Below, one piece after another: positions 19,557-30,484 of a stretch of 64,000 nucleotides of DNA. The position numbers were made by a program, and so were the translations under genes. How positions within the stretch are numbered: the stretch's first letter is position 1; each line of letters begins with the position of its first letter. The notes under the pieces are model-generated. The model was not told where the DNA came from. It did not search any database and worked only from the letters and a program-made list of their open reading frames with translations. The stretch comes from an uncultured Acidobacteriota bacterium (GTDB lineage Bacteria > Acidobacteriota > Terriglobia > UBA7540): positions 64,001 to 128,000 of the forward strand of contig CAWDSK010000006.1 of assembly GCA_963804995.1 (NCBI GenBank). The letters run 5' to 3'.

Positions 19557-20315
19557 ATGCGAAACAAACTTTTTTCTCTACCGCTGTTCCTGGTCCTGGC
19601 CGGTGGGGTGTGCTGGGCCGGAGAACCGCCCACGGTCGACGTACAGACGGCCGCGAACATCGACGCGCGGCTTCACCACTCGAATGTCATCAAACACGGT
19701 GACGTCCAGGTGACGTACGCGAATGGCGTGGCAACCCTCACGGGCACTGTCGATAACCTGGGAAGCAAACTGGATGCCGAGAAAGCCGCGCGCAAGGTCC
19801 ATGGTGTGACCCAGGTCGTGGACAACATCCAAGTGGTCGCGAAGGACGTAGGCGACCAGCAGATCCTCAATCGGGCCAGGCACGAGATCTTGACCTATTA
19901 CGCCTACACGATTTTCGATAACGTGAACCTGCAAGTAGACAATGGGAACCTCATAGTAAGCGGGCAGGTCACGCTCCCGATCAAGAAAACCGACATTGGA
20001 AACACCCTAACGCGCGTGAAGGGCGTGGCGACGCTCGTCAACAACCTGGAGGTTCTACCCACCTCCATGTTCGATGACCGCCTGCGGATGCAGTTGGCGC
20101 GGTCGATTTATGGCGATCCCTTCTTTGTTCACTACGGGGTCCAGCCGAACCCGCCGATTCATATCATCGTGAAGAACGGAAACGTGACCCTGGAAGGCGT
20201 GGTAGCTACGACTCTGGATCGCACCAAGGCCGAAATGGCGGCCCACGGGACGGGGCTCTCCTTCTCCGTAGTGGATAACCTTCGAGTGGATAATCCTCGC
20301 GGGGCAAACAGTTGA
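19557..20315 (+). CDS. BON domain protein
   Basis: SD (aggagg) before ATG 19557; signal peptide; repeated BON motifs (GVATLTGTV, NGNVTLEGVV, VVDNLRV). Confidence 0.88.
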   Translation: MRNKLFSLPLFLVLAGGVCWAGEPPTVDVQTAANIDARLHHSNVIKHGDVQVTYANGVATLTGTVDNLGSKLDAEKAARKVHGVTQVVDNIQVVAKDVGDQQILNRARHEILTYYAYTIFDNVNLQVDNGNLIVSGQVTLPIKKTDIGNTLTRVKGVATLVNNLEVLPTSMFDDRLRMQLARSIYGDPFFVHYGVQPNPPIHIIVKNGNVTLEGVVATTLDRTKAEMAAHGTGLSFSVVDNLRVDNPRGANS

Positions 20316-20529
20316 AGACTTGCTTGGACACCTCACATGCCTGCGCTGCGCAATTTCAGCGCAGGCATTTTTTTGCCGTGATAGCTTATGGCGAGATCGT
20401 CGTTTGCCCAGGGGCATCTGCGCACAGCCCTCACAGTGGAAGGAGCAGATTGCGCGCCTTCGACTCCTCCGCTAGAATGCCAGAGGGGAATTTTCATCAC
20501 TAAGTTCAGGGATGCCGGAGGGAGTACTC

Positions 20530-21003
20530 GTGCCGGATAAAACTCATATCGCTTTGGCGTCAGACCATGCGGGTTTCGAGCTGAAAGAAAAAGTCCGCGC
20601 TTACCTGACGCGCAAAGGCTTCGATGTGCAAGACCTGGGGCCACAGTCGGCGGCATCGGTGGACTATCCCGATTACGCGGAAAAAGTCGCGGGCCAGGTT
20701 GCGCACGGCCAAGTCGATATCGGCATTCTGGTTTGCGGCACGGGCTTGGGAATGTCGCTCGCTGCGAACAAGGTCCCGGGAATCCGCGCCCTTCCTTGCA
20801 ACGATACTGTTTCCGCCCACTTCGCTCGCGCTCACAACAATGGCAACGTCCTCACCATGGGCAGCCGCCTGCTGGATGAAGCCACCATGCAGAAGGTCGT
20901 TGACACGTGGCTGGCCACACCTTTTGAAGGCGGGCGGCACGAGGACCGCCTCAAGAAAATTGAAGCCATCGACGAACACTCTCACGGGGAGAAAACTTCA
21001 TGA
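20530..21003 (+). CDS. rpiB: Ribose 5-phosphate isomerase B
   Basis: [33 protein letters not shown]. Confidence 0.95.
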   Translation: MPDKTHIALASDHAGFELKEKVRAYLTRKGFDVQDLGPQSAASVDYPDYAEKVAGQVAHGQVDIGILVCGTGLGMSLAANKVPGIRALPCNDTVSAHFARAHNNGNVLTMGSRLLDEATMQKVVDTWLATPFEGGRHEDRLKKIEAIDEHSHGEKTS

Positions 21004-22289
21004 ATGCTCCGGCCCGCTCTCATCTCAGCCCACTCCACCAAGTGGACCCGGAAATCGCCCGCGCCATTGATCTGGAAACGGACCGCCAGGCGCGCACCCT
21101 GGAGCTGATTGCTTCCGAGAATTTCGTGAGCGAGGCGGTGCTGGAAGCGCTGGGCTCGGTGATGACCAACAAGTATGCCGAGGGCCTGCCCGGCAAGCGC
21201 TACTACGGCGGCTGCGAGTTCGTCGACGTGGCGGAGGAACTGGCCATCGAGCGCGCCAAAAAGTTATTCGGCGCAGAGCACGCCAACGTGCAGGCCCACT
21301 CCGGCAGCCAGGCAAACCAGTCCGTCTACATGACCGTGCTGAAACCGGGCGACACGGTTCTGGGCATGAGTCTGGCGCACGGTGGCCACCTGACGCACGG
21401 CCACCCGCTCAACTTCTCCGGCAAGATGTACAAGATTGTTTCCTACGGAGTCCGCCAGGATACCGAGATGATCGATTACGACGAGCTGGCGCGGCTGGCT
21501 ATGGAACACAAGCCCAAGCTCATTCTGGCAGGAGCGAGCGCCTATCCCCGCATTCTCGACTTCGCACGCTTCGCCTCGATCGCCCGCGAGTGCGGCGCTT
21601 TGCTGATGGTTGACATGGCGCACATCGCTGGCCTGGTGGCGGCGGGGCTGCATCCTAGTCCCCTTCCCCACGCTGACTTCGTCACCACAACGACGCACAA
21701 GACCCTGCGCGGCCCACGCGGCGGCGCCGTCTTTTGCAAAGCGGCTTATGCCAAGGACCTCGACCGCACAACCTTTCCCGGCATCCAGGGCGGGCCGCTG
21801 ATGCACGTCATCGCCGCCAAAGCGGTGTGCTTCCACGAAGCGTTGCAGCCGGAATTTTGTGATTATCAGAAACAGATCTTAGCCAACGCCAAGACTGTCG
21901 CGGCCACGCTGGCGGCAGAGGGCTTCCGCATCGTCTCCGGCGGTACCGACACACACTTGATGCTCGTGGATGTATTTTCGAAGAAGGTTACCGGCAAGCA
22001 GGCGCAGGAGACGCTTGAGCGCGCCGGCATTACTGTGAATAAGAACGCCATCCCCTTCGACGCCAATCCGCCTGCCGTGGCCAGCGGCATTCGCGTCGGT
22101 ACCCCCGCCGTCACCACGCGCGGCATGAAAGAATCCGAAATGCGGCAGATTGCCGGCTGGATCGCCGAAGTCCTGAATCACATCGAGGACGATTCCACTG
22201 TGAAGGAGGTGCGCAGCCAGGTGGAAGCGCTGACGGAGAAATTTCCGCTTTACGAAAACCGGCGCGTCGGAGCGGCACAGACGATATAG
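21000..22289 (+). CDS. glyA: Serine hydroxymethyltransferase
   Basis: [33 protein letters not shown]. Confidence 0.98.
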   Translation: MNAPARSHLSPLHQVDPEIARAIDLETDRQARTLELIASENFVSEAVLEALGSVMTNKYAEGLPGKRYYGGCEFVDVAEELAIERAKKLFGAEHANVQAHSGSQANQSVYMTVLKPGDTVLGMSLAHGGHLTHGHPLNFSGKMYKIVSYGVRQDTEMIDYDELARLAMEHKPKLILAGASAYPRILDFARFASIARECGALLMVDMAHIAGLVAAGLHPSPLPHADFVTTTTHKTLRGPRGGAVFCKAAYAKDLDRTTFPGIQGGPLMHVIAAKAVCFHEALQPEFCDYQKQILANAKTVAATLAAEGFRIVSGGTDTHLMLVDVFSKKVTGKQAQETLERAGITVNKNAIPFDANPPAVASGIRVGTPAVTTRGMKESEMRQIAGWIAEVLNHIEDDSTVKEVRSQVEALTEKFPLYENRRVGAAQTI

Positions 22290-22294
22290 GTAGG

Positions 22295-22332
22295 CGTAGC
22301 GTGGACCTCCGCCTTTGAGGTCCGCGGCTCTT
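22295..22332. repeat. REP-like palindrome downstream of glyA
   Basis: gtagcgtggacctccgcctttgaggtccgcggctctt; related copies near 28451 and 36650. Confidence 0.7.
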
Positions 22333-22345
22333 CATGCGAAAAACT

Positions 22346-22450
22346 TCAGATCGCAGCTAGGGGAGCGGTCCCTGGATTCGACAGCGTGGATTTAAGGAAG
22401 AACTTGATTTCACGCAAAGCGCGAGGCTCGAAGTTAACGGTCCAGGCCAA
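22346..22450 (-). pseudogene. Truncated RelE/ParE-like toxin
   Basis: TTG start overlaps the antitoxin end; MAWTVNFEPRALREIK then diverges and stops after about 34 codons. Confidence 0.55.
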
Positions 22451-22652
22451 GTCGTTTCACCACTTCCGTGAGCGGAATGGGGGGCAGGTTGTCTTCCAAC
22501 CTGGAAATGGCGATTAGATAATCTTCCTGTTCCTCCAGGAATTCCCCGATCGCCTTTTTTGCGTAATAGGCTTTTGGCCGCCCCGTTCGCTTGGAGAGAC
22601 GGCTGAGGCGTTTTTCCATATTGGCCGGAAGTCTTACGGTCAGCATTGGCAT
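22434..22652 (-). CDS. RHH antitoxin (RelB/CopG-like)
   Basis: MLTVRLP...RLSRLSKRTGRPKAYY...EQEDYLIA...VVKRLGL. Confidence 0.8.
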   Translation of the reverse strand: MPMLTVRLPANMEKRLSRLSKRTGRPKAYYAKKAIGEFLEEQEDYLIAISRLEDNLPPIPLTEVVKRLGLDR

Positions 22653-22884
22653 CGATTCACTCCTGCCTGAAATACATGTAATACATTCTACCACGCTCCT
22701 GAACCGCCTGCGTCGGTAGCCACGGTCAGTGCTTTTCTGACCGTTCTTCCCTCGATGACATTTTTCGGGTCAGTGGTGGGGGATGCCCTATCCAGATTGA
22801 TTAAGTACGATTGACGATGGGATATCGATAAGAGAAAAGCCCACGGTCAGGACTGGTCGCCGCGGCGACACCGTGGCTACCCGC

Positions 22885-24220
22885 TTAACCCCCTTGCAGG
22901 ATTTCCTGCGCCGCGGTGTAGCCGCTCTGCACGGCGCCTTCAATGGTGGCAGGCAATCCTGTGGCGGTCCAATCGCCCGCCAGGAAGAAGCCGCGAATAG
23001 GAGTGCGCGCCGGCGGCCGCATCGGCTCCGCTTCCGGACGTGGCGAAAACGTTGCAAAGCGTTCCTTGACGACCAGTGAATGCACGAGTCGCGCGCCGCG
23101 GGCGCCGGGAAGCAGCTCCCTGAGTTCTCCGAGCGCGATCGCCAACAACTCCTCTTTCGATTTGGTCACATGCTCGTGCGCGCCGCTTAACACTAAGGAG
23201 ATGTAATGCTCGTTGGTCCCTAAAATCCGGCCCTTGTTAAATAGCCATTGAATCGTCGTGCCCCGCAGCCCCGCAAACTCCAGTTCGGTTAGAGGCGCGT
23301 CAAACCACAGGTTGATGGAAATTATGGGCGCCGGGATGAGCGCCAACGCCCCGGCAAATAAAGGCTCCGCACGCAGCAAGTCACCGGGAAGGAGGTTCGC
23401 GATTTGCATCCACGGCACGGCAGAGACAACGATGTCGGCCTCGATTGTTTGCCCATCGCCCAACACTACGCCGCGGTAAACCCCGTCCGTGATGAGAATT
23501 TGCTTCACACTACGGTCCGTTTCCACGCGGCCACTGCGCACCTCGATGTAAGCCGCCGCGGCCGTCGTATAACACTCACTCAGGCCCACGCGCGCGATGC
23601 CCAGCCGCGAATCCTGAGGCGAGGTAAAAAGCGCCAGTCGCAGCACGCGCTCGAAAAGCCGAGCCGAAAGCAAGGCGCGGATCTTCGTTCATGGCGGCAA
23701 TGCATAACAGGTCCCAGAAATTGTGCTGCAGGCTCGCGGATTGCCCCAAGCGCGAGAGCCACGCCGCAACATGCTCATCCGCCTTAGCTCCAGTGCCGGC
23801 GCTTGTGGAGCGCAACGCTTTCCCAAAGCGCAGGACTTCCAATTTTTCTTTCCAGGAAAAACTCCCCGAGCGCAGCACACCCAAGAGCAGGTGCCAGGGC
23901 GATGGCCAATCCGGGCAGTCGAGGCGAGTGAGCCGCCCGCCTCGATCAAGAAAAGGCACAGCTAGGTGCGGTTGGAATTGAATCCGGTCGAGAGTTCCGA
24001 GGGTCGAGAGGAATCGAATCGTCGCGTGGTAACAACCCATGAAGAGGTGCTGGCCATTGTCCACAACCGAACCCGTGGCAGGATCATGAAACGAACGTGC
24101 CCGGCCGCCGAGATGCGGCTTCTGTTCGAGCAAATGCACTCGCTTGCCAGCTTCAGCCAGCGCCACACCCGCCGCGAGGCCTGCGAAACCGCCACCGATG
24201 ATGAGGATGTCAAAAGGCAT
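22885..24220 (-). CDS. hpnE: Hydroxysqualene dehydroxylase HpnE (frameshift near 23668)
   Basis: IIGGGFAGLAA, LGGRARSF, VDNGQH, AGDWTATGLPATIEGAV; one extra base in the A run at 23667-23669. Confidence 0.88.
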
Positions 24221-24352
24221 TTTGGATTTTAGATTTTGGATTTCCGATTTAAGAGATCTGGACTGCTGGCCCGCCCTTTGGGCGCTGATGGACGAAGCTG
24301 AGCTCAAAGGAGTGCAGTTCCAATCCAAAATCCAAAATCTAAAATCCAAAAT
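24219..24352. repeat. Inverted heptamer arrays (ATTTTGG... / ...CCAAAAT) bracketing a ~70-bp spacer
   Basis: Left arm 24219-24250, right arm 24322-24352; fills the hpnD-hpnE gap exactly. Confidence 0.85.
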
Positions 24353-25207
24353 TCATTTCCGCCACTCTGCTCCCAAGTAGACACTCAGTGCCGTCCAAAG
24401 TTTGAGTGGGCGGGAGAGCCTGACGCGTTTTCCAAACACGTTATAGCGACGCTTCTGGATACGCTCCAACACGCGCCAGTATATGGCCGCCATGATTTCC
24501 GCCGCCTTCATCGAACCCCGGTCTTCCGCCGGCAGCATCTCTCGAGCCAGGTCGAAATAGCGCCGCGCGCGGTCGCATTCGAACTGCATCAACTCGATAA
24601 AGGGATCGTTGTATTTACCCGCCAGCAGCTCACTGGGGCGAATACCAAAGCGGCTCAGATCCTCTTGTGGAATGTAGATGCGCCCGCGCTGCACATCGCG
24701 CTCGATGTCCCGCAGAATGTTCACAAGCTGGAGAGCCTTGCCCAGGTTTATGGCGTAATCCCGAGTGCGGGGATTCTGATAGCCAAAAATTTCAACGCAG
24801 ATGAGTCCGATGGTTGAGGCCACGCGGTAGCAATACAATGACAAATCCTCAAAGGTCTCGTACCGCGTTTGATTCAAATCCATCTCGAGGCCCAGGATCA
24901 GGTCTTCGAACGGGTGGCGAGGGATATGGAAGCGCTGGATGCTGGCCGCGAGGGCGCGCAGCTCGGGCGAATCCAGGCGGCTCTTATCTGCCTGGTAACA
25001 GGCCTCGAGCGTCTGGCGATAGGCGCGGAGAGCCTCCTCAGCTTCCGCCGGGCTGAGACCGCCATCCACAATGTCGTCGCCACGGCGCGCGAAGGCATAG
25101 ACCGCTTCGATGGCGAGCCGCTTCTCAGGGGGAAGGAAAACAAACGCGTAGTAGAAATTGGTCACGCGCGCGTTGGTGAAGTGCGACTGTCTGGAGGAGA
25201 CGTTCAT
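24353..25207 (-). CDS. hpnD: Presqualene diphosphate synthase HpnD
   Basis: NFYYAF, DDIVD, YCYRVA, LQLVNILRD; ATGA overlap with hpnC. Confidence 0.9.
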   Translation of the reverse strand: MNVSSRQSHFTNARVTNFYYAFVFLPPEKRLAIEAVYAFARRGDDIVDGGLSPAEAEEALRAYRQTLEACYQADKSRLDSPELRALAASIQRFHIPRHPFEDLILGLEMDLNQTRYETFEDLSLYCYRVASTIGLICVEIFGYQNPRTRDYAINLGKALQLVNILRDIERDVQRGRIYIPQEDLSRFGIRPSELLAGKYNDPFIELMQFECDRARRYFDLAREMLPAEDRGSMKAAEIMAAIYWRVLERIQKRRYNVFGKRVRLSRPLKLWTALSVYLGAEWRK

Positions 25208-26103
25208 GATGGGCTGGCAACCACCGGAGTGTGTCGAAACCCCGCGTTCAGTGGGGCGCGCCGGGCTCGCAAATAAAGACGCAGAAAATCCCACTTGCCA
25301 AGCGAAGGCCGCCGTCGAAAGATATCATAGGAAGCGGCTTCAATCTTGGCGAGAATGGCAGTGCCGCCGAGCCAGGTCAGCCGCAGTTGCACGCGCAGCT
25401 CAGGCCGGACTTCCTCCGGCAAGCCTCTTCCCCGCTCGAATAGCTCCCGCGTGCGCGCGATTTCAAAGGCCAGTAATTCCTGCCAGCGCGTGTCGGCACG
25501 CTCTGCATGCAGATCGTCAAGCGTGTAGTTGAACCGCGCCATATCCTCCTGGGGAAGGTATACGCGGTCGTGGGCGAAATCTACGGCCACGTCCTGCCAG
25601 AAATTGGTCAGTTGCAGCGCCGTACAAATGTTGTCTGACAGTTCGAATAGGTGGGCGTCGCGATGGCCGAAGAGTTCGAGCACCAGCCGGCCCACCGGAT
25701 TTGCTGAGCACGTGCAGTAGGCAAGCAGCGAGGCGAAGTTCGAATGACGGTTAACCACCACGTCCGATTCAAAAGCGTGCAAAAGGTTCTCAAAGTTCTC
25801 GCGCGAGAGTCCGAAACGCTTCGCACTGTCGTTGAGCGCCAGGAAAACCGGATGATCGATCTTGCCGGCGTAAGAATCCACCAGCTTGGCGCGCCATTCG
25901 GCCAGCTTTTCGAGACGGCCCTCGACTCCGGGCTCGTCGGCGATGTCGTCAGCGTAACGCGCGAAGGCGTAGATGGCCGCCAGCGCATCGCGGCGGTCGC
26001 GCGGAACCAGAAACGAAGCCGTGGGAAAGTTCTCGTAATGGCGGCGCGCCAGCCGGCGGCATTCCGCATAAGCAGCGCGCAACTCAGTTTCAGTAGCAGT
26101 CAT
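25204..26103 (-). CDS. hpnC: Hydroxysqualene synthase HpnC
   Basis: HYENFP, ADDIADE, SANPVGRLVL, LQLTNFWQD. Confidence 0.92.
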   Translation of the reverse strand: MTATETELRAAYAECRRLARRHYENFPTASFLVPRDRRDALAAIYAFARYADDIADEPGVEGRLEKLAEWRAKLVDSYAGKIDHPVFLALNDSAKRFGLSRENFENLLHAFESDVVVNRHSNFASLLAYCTCSANPVGRLVLELFGHRDAHLFELSDNICTALQLTNFWQDVAVDFAHDRVYLPQEDMARFNYTLDDLHAERADTRWQELLAFEIARTRELFERGRGLPEEVRPELRVQLRLTWLGGTAILAKIEAASYDIFRRRPSLGKWDFLRLYLRARRAPLNAGFRHTPVVASPS

Positions 26104-26278
26104 TGACGAAGAACCCGCGTGCCATTATAGGGCCTTCGAAGCTGGTTAGGGAACGGATTGTGGGGACTCGGTCCGCCAGGGCCACAGGCTCTTCGGAGTG
26201 CCGTAACGGAGCCGCAGTGATCTATGGCGCAAGGGAAGCTTGCGCCTTCCTCCTGGTCAGGGGCAACCGGAATGCCGA

Positions 26279-28126
26279 TTATTGGCTGGGCGGCCCGGCC
26301 TGAACCTCCTGCTGAACTTGCGCTTCGGCCTGGCTTGCAACCCTCTGTTGGTTGGCCAATTGCACGTCTACGTTCGCATCGGGCACCGGCGGCGGAACTT
26401 CCCCGGGTGTGCTTTGAATATCCGGGGCCGGGGGCAGACCGCTTTTGCCGGAGTTATCCGCAAGAGTTTTAAGCCCGGTGTCAAGCTGCTCCCGAAACGT
26501 GTTATGCATCTCTTGCAAGTCGTCTACGGCGACCCTGGGCATGGCGCCAATACTGCAATCGCTTTGCTTGCTGCTCATCACGCTGACGCGCACCCTATTG
26601 TCATCCCCCGGCGTGTCATCGATGCGGGTAATGACGTCCCCAGGCGTAAGCTCACATTCCTGACCTTCTGCGGTGGCCACACCGAGATTACTGGACACCA
26701 CGAAAAGGCGCTGTTTGGGATCGAGCGCGGCCGGCGGGGTTTGGTCGCCGACCGGCGCCGTCGGAGGGTTGGCCGGGGGGTACTGGGCTGTCGCCTGTTC
26801 CTCGGCGAGCTGGCGCTTTACTTCCGCGTCAATCATTTGCTTGACTTCCGGACTCATGGCGCTGGCGTTGGGATTCTGAATCTCATTGTCGGGTGGGGGC
26901 TGATAGGTTCTATCCGCCTCGGCCCGGGCTTCAGCCTCCTGCCTCGCTTCGTAGGCTTGCCTGAGGTTCTCAGCGAGCAAGAAATCCGTAAGCCACAAGG
27001 AGGCGGAAAGGTATACGGGAGCCGGAGCGAAGTAGCCTCCGTAGAACCAGGGGGCCGGGCCCCACCCCCATTGGTAATAAATCGGCCGCGGCCACGGGTT
27101 GAACGCCCAAATATAAAATGCGGGGTGGTAATAGTAGACGGGTACGTAACGGTAGTAACGCACGCCTCGGTAAAAGTGCTCGCGGTAAACGCGTGCGTAC
27201 GCGTGTCCATTGACCCAGTAGGTCCGCTGAGAGTATATCCGGCCATTGCGGTTGAGATAAGGCCGCTCGATGAAGCCGCGGTTTGGTCCTTCGGCGACCA
27301 GACGCCGGCCGTTCCGTTCCGTAATGATTCTGGTGTCGCCGCGACGGAGCCCGTGTTCGATCGTGAGGTTGCGCTTGGGGTCGTGGACTTCCTTTATTTG
27401 TCCTTTGGAGCCGAACCGTGCTTCCTGGCCGTCGCTTCCCACGTAGTGGATGGGTTTATTGCCAGGGTCAACTTCCATTCGGCCCCCACCACGCGTCATG
27501 ACCTCGTGCGTGGGCTTGGGGTTTCCCATCGGTCCGCCCGGGTGGGCTTCTGGACGGATAACTTCAGTGCGCGGGTTGGGATTCACGACTTCAGTGCGGC
27601 GGTTGGGATTGACCACTTCAGTGCGGCGGTTGGGATTGACCACTTCAGTGCGGCGGTTGGGATTGACCACTTCAGTGCGGCGGTTGGAATTGACCACTTC
27701 GGTGCGGGGGTTTGGATTCACGACTTCAGTGTGGCGGTTGGGATTGACCACTTCGGTGCGGGGGTTTGGATTCACGACTTCAGTGCGGCGGTTTGGATTG
27801 ACAACTTCAGTGCGCGGGGTTGGATTCACGACTTCAGTGCGGCGGTTTGGATTGACAACTTCAGTGCGCGGGGTTGGATTCGCCACGCCCGCCGGCTTGC
27901 CCCCGGGATTGGCAAGCTGCTCGTGTCTCGGCTGCTCGGCCTTCCGTTCCACTTTTTTTTCGGGTGCGGGTGGCGCTGGCTTGCCGGCTGGGGCGTGTTT
28001 GACTGGTGGCGGCTCGTTGGTTTTCTTATCGTCACCCCAAGCGAGCGCAGAAGAGATTATCAGGACCAGAATTACGGTCGACTTCTTGAGGATCATTTTG
28101 TTTGGCATGATTGAGCTCCTCACCAT
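26279..28126 (-). CDS. Secreted hypothetical protein with 9-aa tandem repeats and a Tyr/Trp/Pro-rich region
   Basis: Signal peptide; about 12x RTEVVNPN(R/P); start may be 28096 or 28108. Confidence 0.8.
   Translation of the reverse strand: MVRSSIMPNKMILKKSTVILVLIISSALAWGDDKKTNEPPPVKHAPAGKPAPPAPEKKVERKAEQPRHEQLANPGGKPAGVANPTPRTEVVNPNRRTEVVNPTPRTEVVNPNRRTEVVNPNPRTEVVNPNRHTEVVNPNPRTEVVNSNRRTEVVNPNRRTEVVNPNRRTEVVNPNRRTEVVNPNPRTEVIRPEAHPGGPMGNPKPTHEVMTRGGGRMEVDPGNKPIHYVGSDGQEARFGSKGQIKEVHDPKRNLTIEHGLRRGDTRIITERNGRRLVAEGPNRGFIERPYLNRNGRIYSQRTYWVNGHAYARVYREHFYRGVRYYRYVPVYYYHPAFYIWAFNPWPRPIYYQWGWGPAPWFYGGYFAPAPVYLSASLWLTDFLLAENLRQAYEARQEAEARAEADRTYQPPPDNEIQNPNASAMSPEVKQMIDAEVKRQLAEEQATAQYPPANPPTAPVGDQTPPAALDPKQRLFVVSSNLGVATAEGQECELTPGDVITRIDDTPGDDNRVRVSVMSSKQSDCSIGAMPRVAVDDLQEMHNTFREQLDTGLKTLADNSGKSGLPPAPDIQSTPGEVPPPVPDANVDVQLANQQRVASQAEAQVQQEVQAGPPSQ
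27561..27881. repeat. 27-bp coding tandem repeat, about 12 copies
   Basis: acttcagtgcggcggttgggattgacc unit; in frame, no unique spacers. Confidence 0.92.
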
Positions 28127-28509
28127 CGCTTATTCGTCCGAGTCATTTCTGTGCGCCCGCACTGTCGAGCCCAGAGGGAAGTTAATTCGCTGACCGTGGG
28201 GGACTCTCTATTTCTGAGGCTCCGGTTGCCCGGTCGGGGGCGGACACCTTCTCATAAACCGCCTTAACCGGAATCCACACTTCAAGAACGTGGCTGCGGT
28301 CTAAATGTACACAGTCCAACTCCCGGTGTCTGGACGTTCATTACGCCGCTTCCCACCTTCAATATGTAGTGGACTCGCTGGACAACCAACGGTAGCGTAG
28401 CGCGACCGGGCCGCAAAGGAAAGCCAAAACGCAAAGTTGCCAACGGCGGGCGCGGACCCCGCTTCTTGGGGGTCTGCGCCCCCCCGCGCTCAAACCGATT
28501 CCGCTAACG

Positions 28510-29766
28510 CTAGGTGAGGAAAATAATCATCGCAGCGGTTCCCACGGGTGTGTATTGCCCAGTGAAGGTAAGCGCTCCGGTCTGGCGATTGACCTTGTAG
28601 GTGGTGATGTTATCCGCGCGTTGATTGCAAGAGTAAAGGAAATTACCGGTGGGATCGATGTTGAAAGTGCGCGGATAATCGCCGCGCGTCCATTCTTCGC
28701 CGCCGAAGGTAAGCGTACCCGTCGTAGGGTTGACGGTGAACCAGGCGATGCTATCGTGCAGCCGGTTCGCGCCGTAAACAACTTTGCCGTCGGCAGAGAT
28801 CATCAAGGCGGAAGTGAAGTTCGTGCCCACAAAACCCTTGGGCAGCGTGGAGATCGTCTGTTTCGGGGTCAGCCTGCCATTCTTCGCGTCGTAGTCGCAA
28901 GTCACTAGCGTCGAAGCTTCCTCTTGAATGGAATAGAACCACCGGCCGTTGGGATGAAATGTGAAGTGCCGCGGGCCGTCGCCGGGAGGGTATACCAGGG
29001 AGGGAGGATCATTGGGGATCAGTTTCCCCGCCTCGGCGTCAAACTTCCAAATGAAAATCTCATCGAGTCCGAGGTCAGGCGAGAACACGTAGCGGCCCGC
29101 CGGGTCAGTCTGAATCATGTGGGCGTGGGCGTGGTCGTGGCCGCTGATGGCAAAACTTCCCTTCGGCGCGTTAGTCGCCTGGTCCGGCCCCAGCTTACCC
29201 TTATTATGAATGACGTCCGAGGCAGGGCCCAACTCGCCGCTCGCGCCGATGGGGAAGACTGCCACCGTCCCTCCCTCGTAGTTCGCCGCGAAGGCAAACT
29301 TGCCGGCAGGATGGATGCTCATGTGGGTAGGGCCGCCGGCGCCCTCGGCATTGACCGCGTTGAGAAAGGTCAGATGCCCGGTGGCGCGATCGATGGCGTA
29401 CGCGTTGATCGAACCGGACTCCGTACCCTCAAAACCCGAGACCTCGTTTGCGGAGTAGAGATGCGTGCGCGAGGGATCAAAGGCCACGCAGGCCGGGTTC
29501 CGGTCGTTCGGAAAAACTTCGCGCTGGGTCAGAGCCCCCGTCGCGGGATTCATCTCGAACAGGTAAATGCCCTGTCCGCGCCCTGTGGACCCTTCCGGCC
29601 CTTTTTGCGCACTGTAGGTGCCGACATAGGCCAGGATGGGGCGGCTGGTTTTACTTTGCCCAGCGCGCGCCAGCGCCGGTGCTGTACCCGCCAAAGCTGC
29701 TGCGCCTTTCATAAAACTGCGTCGCGTGGTCTTGTGTAACAACTTGCCCTGGTAATCGTGCGTCAT
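28510..29766 (-). CDS. 6-phosphogluconolactonase-like beta-propeller, Tat-exported
   Basis: TRRSFMK signal; YVGTY, ANYEGG, HAH, GPRHF, YPRTF. Confidence 0.9.
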   Translation of the reverse strand: MTHDYQGKLLHKTTRRSFMKGAAALAGTAPALARAGQSKTSRPILAYVGTYSAQKGPEGSTGRGQGIYLFEMNPATGALTQREVFPNDRNPACVAFDPSRTHLYSANEVSGFEGTESGSINAYAIDRATGHLTFLNAVNAEGAGGPTHMSIHPAGKFAFAANYEGGTVAVFPIGASGELGPASDVIHNKGKLGPDQATNAPKGSFAISGHDHAHAHMIQTDPAGRYVFSPDLGLDEIFIWKFDAEAGKLIPNDPPSLVYPPGDGPRHFTFHPNGRWFYSIQEEASTLVTCDYDAKNGRLTPKQTISTLPKGFVGTNFTSALMISADGKVVYGANRLHDSIAWFTVNPTTGTLTFGGEEWTRGDYPRTFNIDPTGNFLYSCNQRADNITTYKVNRQTGALTFTGQYTPVGTAAMIIFLT

Positions 29767-30003
29767 CCGAGTTCTCCTCTCGCGCTGGCGAAAATTGTGG
29801 GAATCTTGAACGGCAGATTATGCGGTGATTCGCGGCAGAAGGCAAGCCTGGACATGGCAGTCCCCCACCCCGAAAGTGCGCGAGCCACTTGCGTGGCCCG
29901 CGCCGTGGGATAAAGGCAGCAACGTCCTTGATAAATTCGTCGTGGAGGGATTAACGATGAGGCATGAGGCAGACTATCCGCGGCATCGGTAACCGGAGAA
30001 GGC

Positions 30004-30204
30004 TTAGCCTTTCTTTTCTTCCTCTACCTTCTTTTCTTCTTCGTCTTTCTTAGAAGTGTCCATCCCGCCGCGTAGAGCGTCCTTGAACTCTCGGATACCT
30101 TTACCTAAACCCTTGCCCAGCTCCGGTAATTTGCCGGGGCCGAACAGGATCAAGACGATCAGCAAAATGAAAATCAGATGGGTCGGCGACAGCAAACCTT
30201 CCAT
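30004..30204 (-). CDS. tatA: Twin-arginine translocase TatA
   Basis: [24 protein letters not shown]. Confidence 0.93.
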   Translation of the reverse strand: MEGLLSPTHLIFILLIVLILFGPGKLPELGKGLGKGIREFKDALRGGMDTSKKDEEEKKVEEEKKG

Positions 30205-30236
30205 TCGTTACTCTCCTTCCGGGTTGGCGTAGCCGC

Positions 30237-30404
30237 CTATTTCTTTTCCGAAGAATCTTCCAACCCGCCGCGCAGGGCGTTCTTGAACTCTTTAATGCCT
30301 TTTCCCAAACCCTTGCCCAGCTCCGGCAATTTACCGGGCCCGAACAGGATCAGGACGATCAGTAGAATGAAAAACAGATGAACCGGCTGTAACAAACCTT
30401 CCAT
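30237..30404 (-). CDS. tatA: Twin-arginine translocase TatA, second copy
   Basis: [26 protein letters not shown] before ATG 30404. Confidence 0.92.
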   Translation of the reverse strand: MEGLLQPVHLFFILLIVLILFGPGKLPELGKGLGKGIKEFKNALRGGLEDSSEKK

Positions 30405-30484
30405 TATTGATTCTCCTTCCAAGCCAGCGGGATCGCCGGCGGGACAGTCAGGGCCATTATAGCCCAGGCAGGCACAGAACCCAA

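Noticed and set aside
27561..27881. Possible CRISPR array
   Set aside because: Contiguous 27-bp units with no unique spacers, in frame within a CDS; no cas genes.
26240..28114. 624-aa plus-strand ORF and other long antisense ORFs (e.g. 41018-42415, 13007-14194, 9233-10408)
   Set aside because: Shadows of real opposite-strand genes in GC-rich DNA; no recognisable motifs.
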